NCBI GenBank assembly: GCA_034439575.1
Contig: JAWXAQ010000022.1
Span: 1-64,000 of the forward strand
From: Leptospira sp.
GTDB lineage: Bacteria > Spirochaetota > Leptospiria > Leptospirales > Leptospiraceae
Length of the DNA: 64,000 nt
Direction of reading: 5' to 3'
The notes beneath the pieces are model-generated. The model did no database searches, had not been told where the DNA came from, and worked only from the letters and a program-made list of their open reading frames with translations. Position numbers and translations under genes: made by a program. Positions 1 through 10,577 of this stretch are shown piece after piece (positions within the stretch are counted from its first letter, which is position 1; every line of letters begins with the position of its first letter).

Positions 1-102
1 ATTGGAGAAGGGGAAAGGTGGGGAGAGCCTATTTTTGAGTCAGAAGTGTTAGGTTCTGAGGGGAAAATAGAGGATTTGTGCGGAATAGAATGGAGAGATT
101 AG
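1..102 (+). CDS. Possible 3' end of an upstream gene (partial)
   Basis: Frame 1 is open from the window edge (IGEGERWGEPIFESEVLGSEGKIEDLCGIEWRD) to TAG at 100-102. Confidence 0.35.
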   Translation: MGEGERWGEPIFESEVLGSEGKIEDLCGIEWRD

Positions 103-226
103 GTGGGATATCCTAGATACCTTTATATTGAACTTTATCGCAAAAAGTTTAAAAGTAATTTAGAGTTCCTATTGACATTCTTAGAAAAAATAAATTCTCT
201 GTTAGAGTAACAGGGAGTCTGCAGAA

Positions 227-508
227 ATGTCCAAATTATCACTCATAATTCTTTTCATTCTGCTAAGTTTTATATTTCCAAATTGTGCTTCAGGCAAAAT
301 ATATAAATATAATGTTAATGAAGAAACAGCGGAAGATAAACTAATACTAATTACTCCTTTATTTTTAGAAACTTTAGGAATTAATAATATAGATCTACCG
401 AAACGGATTCAAACTTATTTTTTTATTCCCTTCTACAATTTTAATTCAGAAACAACAAGCAATAGGGCGAGACACATTGCAAGGAGAATCTTGGACTCCA
501 CTACCTGA
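227..508 (+). CDS. Small putative lipoprotein, possibly truncated
   Basis: AGGGAG RBS upstream; signal peptide with FPNC lipobox; 3' end overlaps the convergent gene by 63 bp. Confidence 0.45.
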   Translation: MSKLSLIILFILLSFIFPNCASGKIYKYNVNEETAEDKLILITPLFLETLGINNIDLPKRIQTYFFIPFYNFNSETTSNRARHIARRILDSTT

Positions 509-1054
509 AGCAATTACTAGTGCTCCATCGGATGCCAAAGCCGAATTAAAACCAGTGCCACAGTCATTCACATCTTGGGCTCCAATGGTAGCTCTTACAT
601 AGCTTGCGAACCATGCATTTGTCCCTACATTTATGCCGAGTTGTTGGCTGATTGCAATTTCGTGTCCCGAACACATATGTGCATTTGAATTTCCACATGC
701 TGTTACACATAAGGCTTTGGCCGCAGCATAACCTCCAACGTTACCTGTCGTACTAACGGATAATCCGCAATAAGTACCAAGGACTGAAGAAGAAATTTTT
801 CCGTTTATTGTTACACTGCCATCATTGTATACAGCAGTCGTTCCATTTTTTGTCCAATTTGGAATTGACTCAATTGCTGTTTTAAGGCTTTCAATGGTTG
901 TATTCAAATCATTGGCAGTCAGTCTATCGCCGTCACTCCACGATTTTACTGTACCGGAAATCGTAACTGCTAATAATCCCATGGTCAAACAACCTAGCAT
1001 AAATGCCATACCTGCAATTATACATCTAATTATTGTTAAATGAAATTTTTCCAT
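446..1054 (-). CDS. Secreted or membrane-anchored protein with a Cys-rich C-terminal domain (adhesin/fibre-like)
   Basis: N-terminal hydrophobic helix, WSDGDRLTANDLN motif, short coiled segment, Cys-rich C-terminal domain ending IACCF. Confidence 0.75.
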   Translation of the reverse strand: MEKFHLTIIRCIIAGMAFMLGCLTMGLLAVTISGTVKSWSDGDRLTANDLNTTIESLKTAIESIPNWTKNGTTAVYNDGSVTINGKISSSVLGTYCGLSVSTTGNVGGYAAAKALCVTACGNSNAHMCSGHEIAISQQLGINVGTNAWFASYVRATIGAQDVNDCGTGFNSALASDGALVIASGSGVQDSPCNVSRPIACCF

Positions 1055-1066
1055 TACTCACCCTAT

Positions 1067-1249
1067 TTATAATTTACAATCATTCACTTTACTAATACCG
1101 ATTACGCAATAACCGGCCGCTGCATTCAAAGCAGAAATAATCCCGTTAGGAAGAAATAATAATTTGCCTTCAGGCAACTTTGATTCGTCATCATTATAAC
1201 GACAAGATACGATTTGTAAAAACATTACAAAAGATATAAACCATTTCAT
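1067..1249 (-). CDS. Small lipoprotein (60 aa)
   Basis: Start moved to ATG 1249 (MKWFISF...), preceded by GGAGG inside the upstream gene; IVSC lipobox. Confidence 0.65.
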   Translation of the reverse strand: MKWFISFVMFLQIVSCRYNDDESKLPEGKLLFLPNGIISALNAAAGYCVIGISKVNDCKL

Positions 1250-1250
1250 A

Positions 1251-2153
1251 TTAAAACCTCCATTGATACTGTAGTAAGAATTGATTTTCTTTTCGATCCC
1301 CGATAATTGTTTGATGGAAACTAATTCCAGTTTCACTTTTTGAATCTAGAGAACTTCGTTTTGATGATATTTCTGATGATTTCCAATTATATGCATCGAA
1401 AAGATTTAACAAATATATTGTCAACATTACAACTGATAGATTTGAAGCTATACGACCGTTAGTATGAAGCTCTTGACGCGTATTTTGAATTTCATTATAG
1501 AAAAATAAATCCGTAATACCGCCTGTAGAGAAAAGGAAGTAGGATTCTTGCGAATTTAAATCTGATTTTGTCGAATGGTATTTGGAATCATAATTGAATA
1601 ATGCTCCTGCACTTACTAAAAAACTTAAAAAGAAAAACGCTGAATTCGTTTTTTGATTTTTGTAATATTGCCCCCAGCCGGGAATGAGAGCCGATCTCCA
1701 TAAATAGGAATACTTATTATCTGAATTTTCTAGGAATTTTGATGGGATTTTATAATCGTATAAAATACCTTTCGTTTGAGATCCTTTATTTTGCTCACCG
1801 AGAATTTCAACCTTTTGGTCAAGTTTGTGTTTTTCTTCTTCCTGTTTTCGTTTATCCATCAGTTTCTGTTGTTCTGCTAAACGGATTTTTTCCATCTCTT
1901 CGGTTGATGCATCATGATAGATGACTTTCAAAATTTGCGTTTTAGATATTATTAAAATACTTCCATCCTCTTTTTTAATGAAAATGTTTATAGAATTCTG
2001 ATCCGTTATTTTCCCTTTTAAAGTTTGTCCATTTTTTAAAAGTATATTTTCTGAATATATTAAATATGGCATAAAGAATATTGAGAAATGTAATGAAAAT
2101 TTTATAATATGAAATTTGTTTAAGGGAATTCGCTTATTAATGCGTAAGTCCAT
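1251..2153 (-). CDS. Leptospira LA_0442/LA_0875 N-terminal-domain-like membrane protein
   Basis: ENILLKNGQTLKGKI N-terminal motif, charged linker, LWRSALIPGWGQYY motif and TM helices. Confidence 0.75.
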   Translation of the reverse strand: MDLRINKRIPLNKFHIIKFSLHFSIFFMPYLIYSENILLKNGQTLKGKITDQNSINIFIKKEDGSILIISKTQILKVIYHDASTEEMEKIRLAEQQKLMDKRKQEEEKHKLDQKVEILGEQNKGSQTKGILYDYKIPSKFLENSDNKYSYLWRSALIPGWGQYYKNQKTNSAFFFLSFLVSAGALFNYDSKYHSTKSDLNSQESYFLFSTGGITDLFFYNEIQNTRQELHTNGRIASNLSVVMLTIYLLNLFDAYNWKSSEISSKRSSLDSKSETGISFHQTIIGDRKENQFLLQYQWRF

Positions 2154-2621
2154 CTCATGTGTATCGTATAACTCGTAAAAAATGTAAATAATTTATTTTA
2201 TATTTATATAATTTCACTAAAATTAATTTACAAAAATTTAAGAAAATTAAAAAAATACATAGTTCTTTTTAATATACTAATTTGTAGATTAAGGAAGAAT
2301 TTCTTCATTTATGAAAAACCGGGTGAATATGGTTTCGGTGGCTATATTGAATATTGGGAAAATATACTAAGTAATTAAAAGGTTGGAAATGGTTTTATTG
2401 GTATACGAAATAAAAATGATTCGAATCTACGAATTGAATCTGGTCAAACAGTAAGTTTTTTTTATAAGATAGCAACACTAGTAGAATTGAAAATTATGTT
2501 GTATTTTTTTGAATGCATATAGCATTTAACAAAAGTAATGATGGGAATATTTACTTTTTCTTCGAACAGAATCTTTCTGCCCTTGCTAATCAAAAATTAG
2601 ATTAAAAGTTGATACACTAGA

Positions 2622-3101
2622 ATGTTTTTCACCAAGAATCTTAATAAATTTTGCATCACAATAATCTTCACTTTGTTCACTTCATGTTATGAAAGTGGAT
2701 TTGTACCTCGAAATGAATATGAAGATGCACTTAAAGAACAAAAAAGATTAACTGCTTTCTTTTTAATTCTGTCAACATCTAGCAATAATTTTATAGCAAC
2801 TCGGCAAATCAATGATTACCTTTATTACGGCAGTTATGACGATGATAATGGATCAATTTATAATATTCTAAATTTATGCGCTAACGTATACACATCTTTT
2901 TACATCCCAGAGGGTAAACTTGTTAATGCATGGACAAAAGTACCGAGACGAAATATTGATTGCAAATATGAAAAATTCAAAAACTTAAAATGTTTAATTG
3001 GAAATCAATTAGAAATAATCGAGATCTTTTTTCCTGATGCTGAATTTTCAACAAGAAAGGATCAATGTGAAAATATAATCAATGGGATATTGGTTTGGTG
3101 A
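2622..3101 (+). CDS. Putative lipoprotein, Cys-containing
   Basis: Signal peptide with LFTSC lipobox; four further Cys in the mature part. Confidence 0.7.
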   Translation: MFFTKNLNKFCITIIFTLFTSCYESGFVPRNEYEDALKEQKRLTAFFLILSTSSNNFIATRQINDYLYYGSYDDDNGSIYNILNLCANVYTSFYIPEGKLVNAWTKVPRRNIDCKYEKFKNLKCLIGNQLEIIEIFFPDAEFSTRKDQCENIINGILVW

Positions 3102-3305
3102 TTTATTTGAAATTTATTTCCAATAAATAAAATATAAGTTATGCGGAATTCACTGATTTCGGTTTTTCTTCTATTGGCATAGCGAATGTTATATAAAAGT
3201 CTTGTTTTTTATGGCAAAAAAATGTAAGATCTAAATGGAAATAGGATAAGAAATGAAACAACTTATAATTAAATTTGGAATTAGCAGAACTAATAACCGT
3301 TATAT

Positions 3306-3602
3306 TTGAAATTTCTTCAAATTATTTTTGAAATAATGATTCTTTTAACATTTGATTGCCGAACTGAACGAGAACGGTGCTACCATAACAATAAATTTGT
3401 TTTAAACAATGATGATGGCTGTGTTGGTGCGATGACAGCATACTCGTCTGCAAATAGAATTAGAAATTCATCAAGAGAGGCTAATTTTTTTGCGGAAACA
3501 ATGTAAAGTATCGGCGATGCATTCTTGCTACAATGTGCAATCAATATAGAAAACTAAAAATCCTGTGATAAAAAATCAGTCATTAACTCTCGTATTCGGT
3601 AG
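3306..3602 (+). pseudogene. Pseudogene of a small four-Cys lipoprotein, paralog of 3728-4003
   Basis: The frame continues past TAA (3504) as SIGDAFLLQCAINIEN*KSCDKKS..., aligning with LLDCLRLFEARQKCRDAS of the next gene; two in-frame TAA stops; TAG at 3600-3602. Confidence 0.7.
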
Positions 3603-3727
3603 ATATGATTTTAAATTAGGCCAATGATTTGAAAAATTAAATTTGTAATATGATTTTATTTATGAAGTAGTTTTGTTATATCATAGATGCGGAGAACGAA
3701 AGTAGTGAGAATGATAAGGAAAAGTAT

Positions 3728-4003
3728 ATGAATAAAATTTTCTTTGCATCATTTCTTATAATGATCTTTATAAACTGTAGACCAGGAAGTAAAAAAGCAA
3801 AATGTAAAGCAGAATTGGTAGCAAACGAAGAGGCTTCAATTTGTGGGGGAAGTTTTTATTTAAATTCTGTTGCTTTAGAAAATTCTGAAACTCAAGATAA
3901 AAAGCAGGATTTCATTAATTTAATTCTTTTGGATTGTCTTCGTCTTTTTGAAGCTCGTCAAAAATGTCGAGATGCAAGTTCCTATCAGCCTACAATTTAT
4001 TAA
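3728..4003 (+). CDS. Small Cys-rich lipoprotein
   Basis: AAGGA RBS, IFINC lipobox, four further Cys. Confidence 0.75.
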   Translation: MNKIFFASFLIMIFINCRPGSKKAKCKAELVANEEASICGGSFYLNSVALENSETQDKKQDFINLILLDCLRLFEARQKCRDASSYQPTIY

Positions 4004-5448
4004 AACTTTCTTCCAATCTGAACCGTCGTATAACGATGAATAGGGTATACGCCTTCCGGCGCTCTATATTCCAAAGTGCTCAATTCTAGCCCCAATTGGA
4101 AAAACCAAGTCGGGCTTTGGTAAACAAAACCAGTAGATAATTTGCCTTGCATTCTTTGTAAATCTACATGATAGGCCGATTTCGCATTTTGTTCGTTACT
4201 TAAAAGCAAAATGGTTGCAAGTCTAGATTCCTCATCTGTCACACCATTGGAATAAAAATATTGAAAAGCTAGTAGTTTAGAAAAAACAGAAATTCCCTTA
4301 CTTTGATCGCGAAATAAAGTATCATACAAAAAATAGCCAAGCCCAGGGTATTTGGCAGAATCAAAATCGGGACTTGCTAATGTTTGAAGTAAGGCCAATT
4401 TTAATCCATTGTCTGGAACTGTGGCTCCATTAAATATTGTATTAAAAATCAAAAAATTCATCGCGAAAGAATTTTCAGGTGCCACAAAATTTTGATACAC
4501 CAAAAACCTTGTCATCGTTGACGAAGATCGTTCTTCAAATATAGAATTGTACATAGGTTCACCAAGAATCGTCACTTTACCTTCGTTAAATAATAACGAA
4601 TCCGAAGAACCAGGTGAATACAATCCATTCAATTGAGTTTTATCCGAATTACCTAGAGTCCCATTGATACTTTGGTGTTTGAAACTCGGGCGAATGAAAA
4701 AGTAATATTCTGTTTCGTCTGAATTGTATGCCGGCGTAAAATCGTTTATATTCATACCGTGAGAAACTGGCGATGTGATGTGACCATAACGAAAAATTGG
4801 ACCAATAGTTACAGACGTATCAAGATTCCCCAGTAAAACAGATGTTTGTATTCCTAAATTGGGAATCCAAAAATATTTCCAATCCGTATTGAATTGGTAG
4901 AGATTTTTCTGTCCAATTTGGTTATCCCAACCTTGTGGCAGAGGTGAGTTGGTTAATTTGTGTATGACTCCTTGGAAGTATTTTCCTTGAGCGGCTGGTC
5001 CCATTTGCCCTAAAGATATTTCGAATGAAAGTGAACTTTTATCAAATGTGTATGTGGAATTATTGGATATCAAACCATACGAAGAGTAGGGTCTCTCCCC
5101 ATAAGCAATGTCAGACGCATATAAATTTAACGGAGTATTGATGTTATGCGTGAGTGATACCCCTGTATACTCTTGCTTTGGATTTTGCAATCCAGGAATC
5201 AATGTCTCTAAGCCAAGAAATAATAGAGCAGAGGGAGCATATGTTTTTGCATACCTTCCGTATTCTATTTTTCCCCCGTTTGTATATTCACGATCTGAAA
5301 GTAAAAAGACATCATTCTCCCAGTATACTTTTAAGATTTGTGGACTAAAGTTTGATCTTTGATCTGTTGTTATTTCTTTCGCAAATATGTTTGTGTGAAA
5401 ACACAATAGAAAAATCAATAAATGATAACGATAGAAACATAGATTCAT
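4000..5448 (-). CDS. Lipid A deacylase LpxR-family outer-membrane beta-barrel with a large insertion
   Basis: ENDVF..DREYTNG, NTP, ERPY, GQMGP, QGVIH and GWDNQI motifs; C-terminal Phe. Confidence 0.8.
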   Translation of the reverse strand: MNLCFYRYHLLIFLLCFHTNIFAKEITTDQRSNFSPQILKVYWENDVFLLSDREYTNGGKIEYGRYAKTYAPSALLFLGLETLIPGLQNPKQEYTGVSLTHNINTPLNLYASDIAYGERPYSSYGLISNNSTYTFDKSSLSFEISLGQMGPAAQGKYFQGVIHKLTNSPLPQGWDNQIGQKNLYQFNTDWKYFWIPNLGIQTSVLLGNLDTSVTIGPIFRYGHITSPVSHGMNINDFTPAYNSDETEYYFFIRPSFKHQSINGTLGNSDKTQLNGLYSPGSSDSLLFNEGKVTILGEPMYNSIFEERSSSTMTRFLVYQNFVAPENSFAMNFLIFNTIFNGATVPDNGLKLALLQTLASPDFDSAKYPGLGYFLYDTLFRDQSKGISVFSKLLAFQYFYSNGVTDEESRLATILLLSNEQNAKSAYHVDLQRMQGKLSTGFVYQSPTWFFQLGLELSTLEYRAPEGVYPIHRYTTVQIGRKF

Positions 5449-5694
5449 TGTTTAAAAGGTAATTATCGCAGGGTTTGAGAAAAACATTTTCAATGCTCTT
5501 AATTGTATTAAATTTTGCTATATAAATTTATTTCTACTTAAGTCTTTTTTTATGAATTATTAAAAAAAGTAAGATTGTTATGTGAAGTATGACAAATAGA
5601 ATCGATACTTTTTTTAAAAATGTTTTGGATTTCCCTTTAGGATTTTGAGTTAATTGCGATAATCTCTTTAGATACAAAATATCGCCGTACAGCT

Positions 5695-5725
5695 AAAAAG
5701 CCCGAGGATTTCTTCGGGCTTTTTT
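5695..5725. terminator. Rho-independent terminator downstream of metW (bidirectional architecture)
   Basis: AAAAAGCCCGA...TCGGGCTTTTT hairpin with A/T tracts on both sides. Confidence 0.85.
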
Positions 5726-5740
5726 GTGTAAACATTTCAC

Positions 5741-6364
5741 TTATTTAGATTCAATGACAAACAAAGTCAGCGTGGCAAAAAAATTGGGCCAAAATTTGAT
5801 TTCCTTTTTTTGATTAAAAGAAGCTGTTTTTAAGACTCTAATCTTCTCGACATCGCAAAAATCCGCAAAGTCTTTCGCCGATAAATAATGTAAGTTTGGA
5901 GTATCATACCAATGAAATGGCATAAGATCTGTAACAGGCGTCTTTCCACTTAGTAATATAGAAAATCGAATTTGCCAATGGGAAAAATTGGGGAATACAA
6001 TGATTACTTTTTTGCCAATACGTAGGCATTCCTTTACAATTTGGCCAGGATTTAATGTCTGTTGTATGGTCTGATTTAGAATGACATAATGGAAACTTTT
6101 ATCAAGGTGATGTTTTAATCCATCATCAATATCACCATGGTGAACATATAATCCTCGTTTGACGCACTGTATGACACAAGAGTCATCTTTTTCAATACCT
6201 TGCACTCGCACGCCCTGTCTTTTTAAAAGTAACATGAGTTCACCGAAACCACATCCCAAATCCAAAACTCTTTCCCCTGGTTGGATTAACTTAGCGATAT
6301 AGGAAATATCAGGTCGATGTGTAAGGTCTATATCCAAAAAGGTTTTTTGCGCGGCTACGTTCAT
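5741..6364 (-). CDS. metW: Methionine biosynthesis protein MetW (SAM-dependent methyltransferase fold)
   Basis: VLDLGCGFG and WYDTPNLH motifs; directly downstream of metX. Confidence 0.92.
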   Translation of the reverse strand: MNVAAQKTFLDIDLTHRPDISYIAKLIQPGERVLDLGCGFGELMLLLKRQGVRVQGIEKDDSCVIQCVKRGLYVHHGDIDDGLKHHLDKSFHYVILNQTIQQTLNPGQIVKECLRIGKKVIIVFPNFSHWQIRFSILLSGKTPVTDLMPFHWYDTPNLHYLSAKDFADFCDVEKIRVLKTASFNQKKEIKFWPNFFATLTLFVIESK

Positions 6365-7506
6365 ACGCTGATATATCCTTCATCAGTTGAGGATAAAAAA
6401 TCACTCAAGATAGAATCCTGTTCTTTACTTGGTAATAAAAAACTATCATGACCTGCCGGATTATTTAATTCAACGAAACTAACAGGGATTCCATTCACTT
6501 CTAAAGATTTAACTATTTCTTCCGATTGGTAAGGCGGATACAACCAGTCAGAAGTGTAGGCTACTACTAAATATCTGCATTTAACATCTGATAAAGCTTT
6601 TGTAAGTTCTTTTCCAGTCCCAAGACTATAATGATCCAGTGCTTTTGTAACATAAATATAGGAATTCGCATCAAATCTATCTACAAAACTTTCACCTTGA
6701 TAAATTAGATAAGAACCGACGGCAAAATCAGCCGACTGGATGTTTCCCTTGGGAGGTTTTCTACCAAATTTATCCCGCATCATTTCGTCCGACAGGTAGG
6801 TGATATGACCGACCATCCGAGCAAGGGCTAAACCTTTTGAAGGTTTATTTGTATGATCGTATATTCCATTATTATAATTTGCATCAGAAAGAATGGCTTG
6901 TCTTCCTACTTCATTAAAGGCAATTTGTTGGGCAGAATGTTCTGAAGTTGATGCCATAATGATACAGTTTTTTAATCGATCCGGATAGGCAACTGACCAT
7001 TGTAATGCTTGCATTCCTCCCATTGATCCACCGGCAACGGCAAACAGTTGTTTGATCCCAAAATGAGAGACAAGTTTTTCTTGCGCATTCACCATATCGG
7101 CTATAGAGACAAAAGGAAATGCAGACTGAAACGGTTTTCCTGTTTTTCCATTGATGGAAAGGGGACCACTGGATCCCTTGCATCCCCCAATCACATTACT
7201 GGAAATGATAAAATATTTGTTTGTATCAAATGCTTTTCCGGGACCAATATAAAAATCCCAATACCCAGGTTTTTTATCCCCTTCATGAAATCCTGCGGCA
7301 TGGGCATCTCCTGAAAGTGCATGGCAAACTAAGATGGCATTGTCTTTGTTTTGAGATAACGTGCCATAGGTTTCATAGGCGATTTCTAGGGGAATGATGG
7401 TTTCCCCATTATCCAGAGTGAGGGATGGCAGAGTGAGAAGTTTTGTCTCAACAATGCCTACGGACTGGGGCTCTAAATGTGGATCAAAGTTTTCAGTCGT
7501 AGGCAT
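6361..7506 (-). CDS. metX: Homoserine O-acetyltransferase
   Basis: CHALSGD, GGSMGG and GHDSFL motifs; ATG start taken at 7506. Confidence 0.95.
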   Translation of the reverse strand: MPTTENFDPHLEPQSVGIVETKLLTLPSLTLDNGETIIPLEIAYETYGTLSQNKDNAILVCHALSGDAHAAGFHEGDKKPGYWDFYIGPGKAFDTNKYFIISSNVIGGCKGSSGPLSINGKTGKPFQSAFPFVSIADMVNAQEKLVSHFGIKQLFAVAGGSMGGMQALQWSVAYPDRLKNCIIMASTSEHSAQQIAFNEVGRQAILSDANYNNGIYDHTNKPSKGLALARMVGHITYLSDEMMRDKFGRKPPKGNIQSADFAVGSYLIYQGESFVDRFDANSYIYVTKALDHYSLGTGKELTKALSDVKCRYLVVAYTSDWLYPPYQSEEIVKSLEVNGIPVSFVELNNPAGHDSFLLPSKEQDSILSDFLSSTDEGYISV

Positions 7507-7522
7507 TTCCAATCTCGTTAGA

Positions 7523-8827
7523 TCAGATTTTTTTCAATGCCTCGTCCAAGTCTACAATAATGTCATCGATATGTTCTAGGCCGACAGAAAGTCTAACGAA
7601 TCCTGGAGTCACACCTGCAGAAACTTGTTCCGTGGCAGTTAATTGTTGGTGCGTTGTGGAAGCCGGATGAATCGCTAAAGACTTCGCATCACCTATGTTA
7701 GCAAGAAGACTAAACAATTCCAGACTATCAATAAATTTCTTCGCAGTTGCCACTCCACCCTTGATTTCAAAACCAACAATGGCACCAAATAAACCACGAC
7801 TGTGGTATTTTTTTGCCGTTGCATAATTTTTATCTGTAGATAGGCCAGGATAATTCACCCATTCAATTTTCGGATGTTTGCTCAAAAATTCAGCCACCTT
7901 AAGTGCGTTTGTTGAATGTTTCTCCATTCTTAGGGGAAGGGTTTCTACACCTTGTAATATTTGCCAAGCATTGAATGGCGAAATCGCAGGTCCCAAGTCA
8001 CGTAATCCTTGTACTCTGGCTTTGAGAATAAAGGCAATATTCACTCCACCGAAAGGCTCAAATTTTCCAAAGACATCCCAAAATTTTAAACCGTGGTAGG
8101 ACGGATCAGGCTCTGTAAAATTTTTAAATTTTCCATTTCCCCAATTGAAATTTCCGCCATCAATTATTATCCCACCAATGGATGTTCCATGACCGCCTAA
8201 AAATTTGGTTAAGGAATGAACCACTATGTTTGCTCCGTGTTTTATCGGATTTACTAGGTAAGGTGAAGGCATAGTGTTATCAATCACAAGCGGCACACCC
8301 ACCTCATTTGCAATTTTGGCAACGGCTTCAATATCCAAAGTATCTAATTTTGGATTTCCCAGAGTTTCCGCATAGAAGGCTCTGGTTTTATCATTTACCG
8401 CCTTACGAAAGTTTTCTGGATTTGATTGGTCCACAAAATGAACCTTGATCCCAAGTTTTGGAAAAGTATAATGCAGTAAATTGTAAGTGCCACCATATAA
8501 AGAAGAAGATGCCACAATTTCCTGACCCGTTTCCACAATATTCAATAATGCTAACATTTCAGCTGATTGCCCAGATGCTGTAGCGAGTGCTGCGACACCA
8601 CCTTCTAAAGCTGCCACTCGTTTTTCCAAAACATCGGTTGTCGGATTCATCAGACGAGTATAGATATTTCCAAATTCTTGCAGGCCAAAGAGACGAGCGG
8701 CATGGTCTGTGTCTTTAAAAACATAGGAAGTTGTTTGGTAAATAGGAACTGCCCTGGATGTCGTCGTCGGGTCCGGTTCTTGGCCGCCGTGAAGGGCGAT
8801 GGTCTCTGTTTTATATTCTCGTGGCAT
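7523..8827 (-). CDS. metY: O-acetylhomoserine sulfhydrylase
   Basis: [16 protein letters not shown] and HSLTKF (PLP Lys) motifs; AGAGGAG RBS supports ATG at 8827. Confidence 0.95.
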   Translation of the reverse strand: MPREYKTETIALHGGQEPDPTTTSRAVPIYQTTSYVFKDTDHAARLFGLQEFGNIYTRLMNPTTDVLEKRVAALEGGVAALATASGQSAEMLALLNIVETGQEIVASSSLYGGTYNLLHYTFPKLGIKVHFVDQSNPENFRKAVNDKTRAFYAETLGNPKLDTLDIEAVAKIANEVGVPLVIDNTMPSPYLVNPIKHGANIVVHSLTKFLGGHGTSIGGIIIDGGNFNWGNGKFKNFTEPDPSYHGLKFWDVFGKFEPFGGVNIAFILKARVQGLRDLGPAISPFNAWQILQGVETLPLRMEKHSTNALKVAEFLSKHPKIEWVNYPGLSTDKNYATAKKYHSRGLFGAIVGFEIKGGVATAKKFIDSLELFSLLANIGDAKSLAIHPASTTHQQLTATEQVSAGVTPGFVRLSVGLEHIDDIIVDLDEALKKI

Positions 8828-8993
8828 AAATGGCACTCCTCTAGCTATTCTGTCAATTCAGAGCGAAGTATCTTGAATGTCCAACATAAATTCGCTAAAT
8901 TAGAATAAAAAATCAATTTAACGGATACATCTTTGCCTTCAGTTAAAATTCTTATTTTCAAACTCCAAACATTCGATACTATTACGGAATCCC

Positions 8994-10577
8994 ATGAAAC
9001 AAATCTCATTTTTCCTCCTTTTGGTAGGCAATGTTTTTTTTGTACAAACTCTTATGGGTCAAGTATGGATTCCCTCAGGAACGGAAACGAGACGCCCGTC
9101 CGCCTTACAATTTGATGCTGGTGCTACAAGTTTCAAGGGTGATTATTATGGTTACGTTTCGCCCAATTTTACCTACAATCATGGATCTAAATTTGGATAT
9201 TCTTTTTCTTTACCGCTTAACATTTTACTCTTGGATCGTGAGCCATTAAAAGATGGAGCAAAATCAGGACAGATTCGCGATATAGATTATAATAGTAGGG
9301 CTGATTATTTTCGATTATTAAATTATATATCTTATGGAACTTATAACCAACAAGTCCCGGGAAAAATCACTTATTCGGCTTATGCGGGTAAGGTGATAGA
9401 TGGGTATATCGGCCATGGAACCATTGTTAATAAATACCAATCATCATCTCGATATGATGCATACAATCCTTCCGTTGTTGCCGATTTTAATTCTGATTAT
9501 GGAGGAGTTCAATATTTTTCCAATGCGGTTTCCACATTCGACGTGAATGTAGCACGCGTATATATTAAACCTTTAGCAATTGGTCGGAAAGTGTTTTCAT
9601 TCTTTAGCGATCAGACTGGTGGTGTTTATTTTCTAAATATTCGTGGTAACGTTTTAGATGATGCTGGTAGAAAAAGCGTCGAAGAAGAGTTAGGAGAAGA
9701 TTCCAAAAATAAGGAAAAAAAAGAAAAGGAAATTCGACCTATCAATAAAGATTCTAGAATGGAGATTGCTGACAATGATCCATGGTACAATCGTTTGACG
9801 CTAGGTTATACAAATGCCTGGGACAAAGCGGCACCTGTGACTTTAAGTTACAATACCAATGGCTCTCCCGTCACCCAAACAAATCTCGATAACCCAAAAA
9901 CCACAGAAGTCACAAGAGTGAGCATAGAAGGTTTTGATTTAGAATATAGATTGTTAAATTTGCCATTCCTTGAATTTACGCCTTACTTAGATTATAACCG
10001 TATAAAGACTTTGGACAATTCGTCAGGCACTCACTATGGGTCCATGATGCGTCTGGGAACTAAAGATTTAAATATAATCTTTAAGCCAGAGTTTCGACAA
10101 ATGACGGGAAATTATACTCCCATGTATTTTGATAGTTTTTATGAAATTGAACGTTTCCAAAGTTTTCCCACAGGCGCTCCTATGCGACCCAAATACGAAC
10201 AATTGCAAAATCAACCAAATACAACGGTCAGAGGATACTATCATACTCTTTATATAAATTTCTTTCATTTGGGTTTTGAATTCGCAGTGGAAGATTATGG
10301 TGGAAAGGATAAAAAGAGAGTGTTTGCCGCCGCCTATATCCCGCTCGGTTCTTCGTTTCAGTTGTCTTTCTTTTATACTAGAAAAGGATATGATGGGCAG
10401 GGTAAGGCTTTCGAAATTGATGAAAATGCACAAGGCGCGGCTGAACTCTCAAAATCCTTTGGGCCTTTAATGTTAAGGGTTCAAAATTATAGAAAATACT
10501 ATTTGGATTCGAGTGAAAAGACTTTTGTTTCTACAGACGAATTGCGATTTTTAGTTTCAGGTGGAATCAGTTTCTAA
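8994..10577 (+). CDS. Conserved hypothetical outer-membrane beta-barrel-like protein
   Basis: Signal peptide, aromatic-rich amphipathic strands, C-terminal Phe. Confidence 0.7.
   Translation: MKQISFFLLLVGNVFFVQTLMGQVWIPSGTETRRPSALQFDAGATSFKGDYYGYVSPNFTYNHGSKFGYSFSLPLNILLLDREPLKDGAKSGQIRDIDYNSRADYFRLLNYISYGTYNQQVPGKITYSAYAGKVIDGYIGHGTIVNKYQSSSRYDAYNPSVVADFNSDYGGVQYFSNAVSTFDVNVARVYIKPLAIGRKVFSFFSDQTGGVYFLNIRGNVLDDAGRKSVEEELGEDSKNKEKKEKEIRPINKDSRMEIADNDPWYNRLTLGYTNAWDKAAPVTLSYNTNGSPVTQTNLDNPKTTEVTRVSIEGFDLEYRLLNLPFLEFTPYLDYNRIKTLDNSSGTHYGSMMRLGTKDLNIIFKPEFRQMTGNYTPMYFDSFYEIERFQSFPTGAPMRPKYEQLQNQPNTTVRGYYHTLYINFFHLGFEFAVEDYGGKDKKRVFAAAYIPLGSSFQLSFFYTRKGYDGQGKAFEIDENAQGAAELSKSFGPLMLRVQNYRKYYLDSSEKTFVSTDELRFLVSGGISF

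Noticed and set aside
8828-8993. SAM riboswitch upstream of metY
   Set aside because: No S-box core motifs or terminator recognisable in this short divergent intergenic region.
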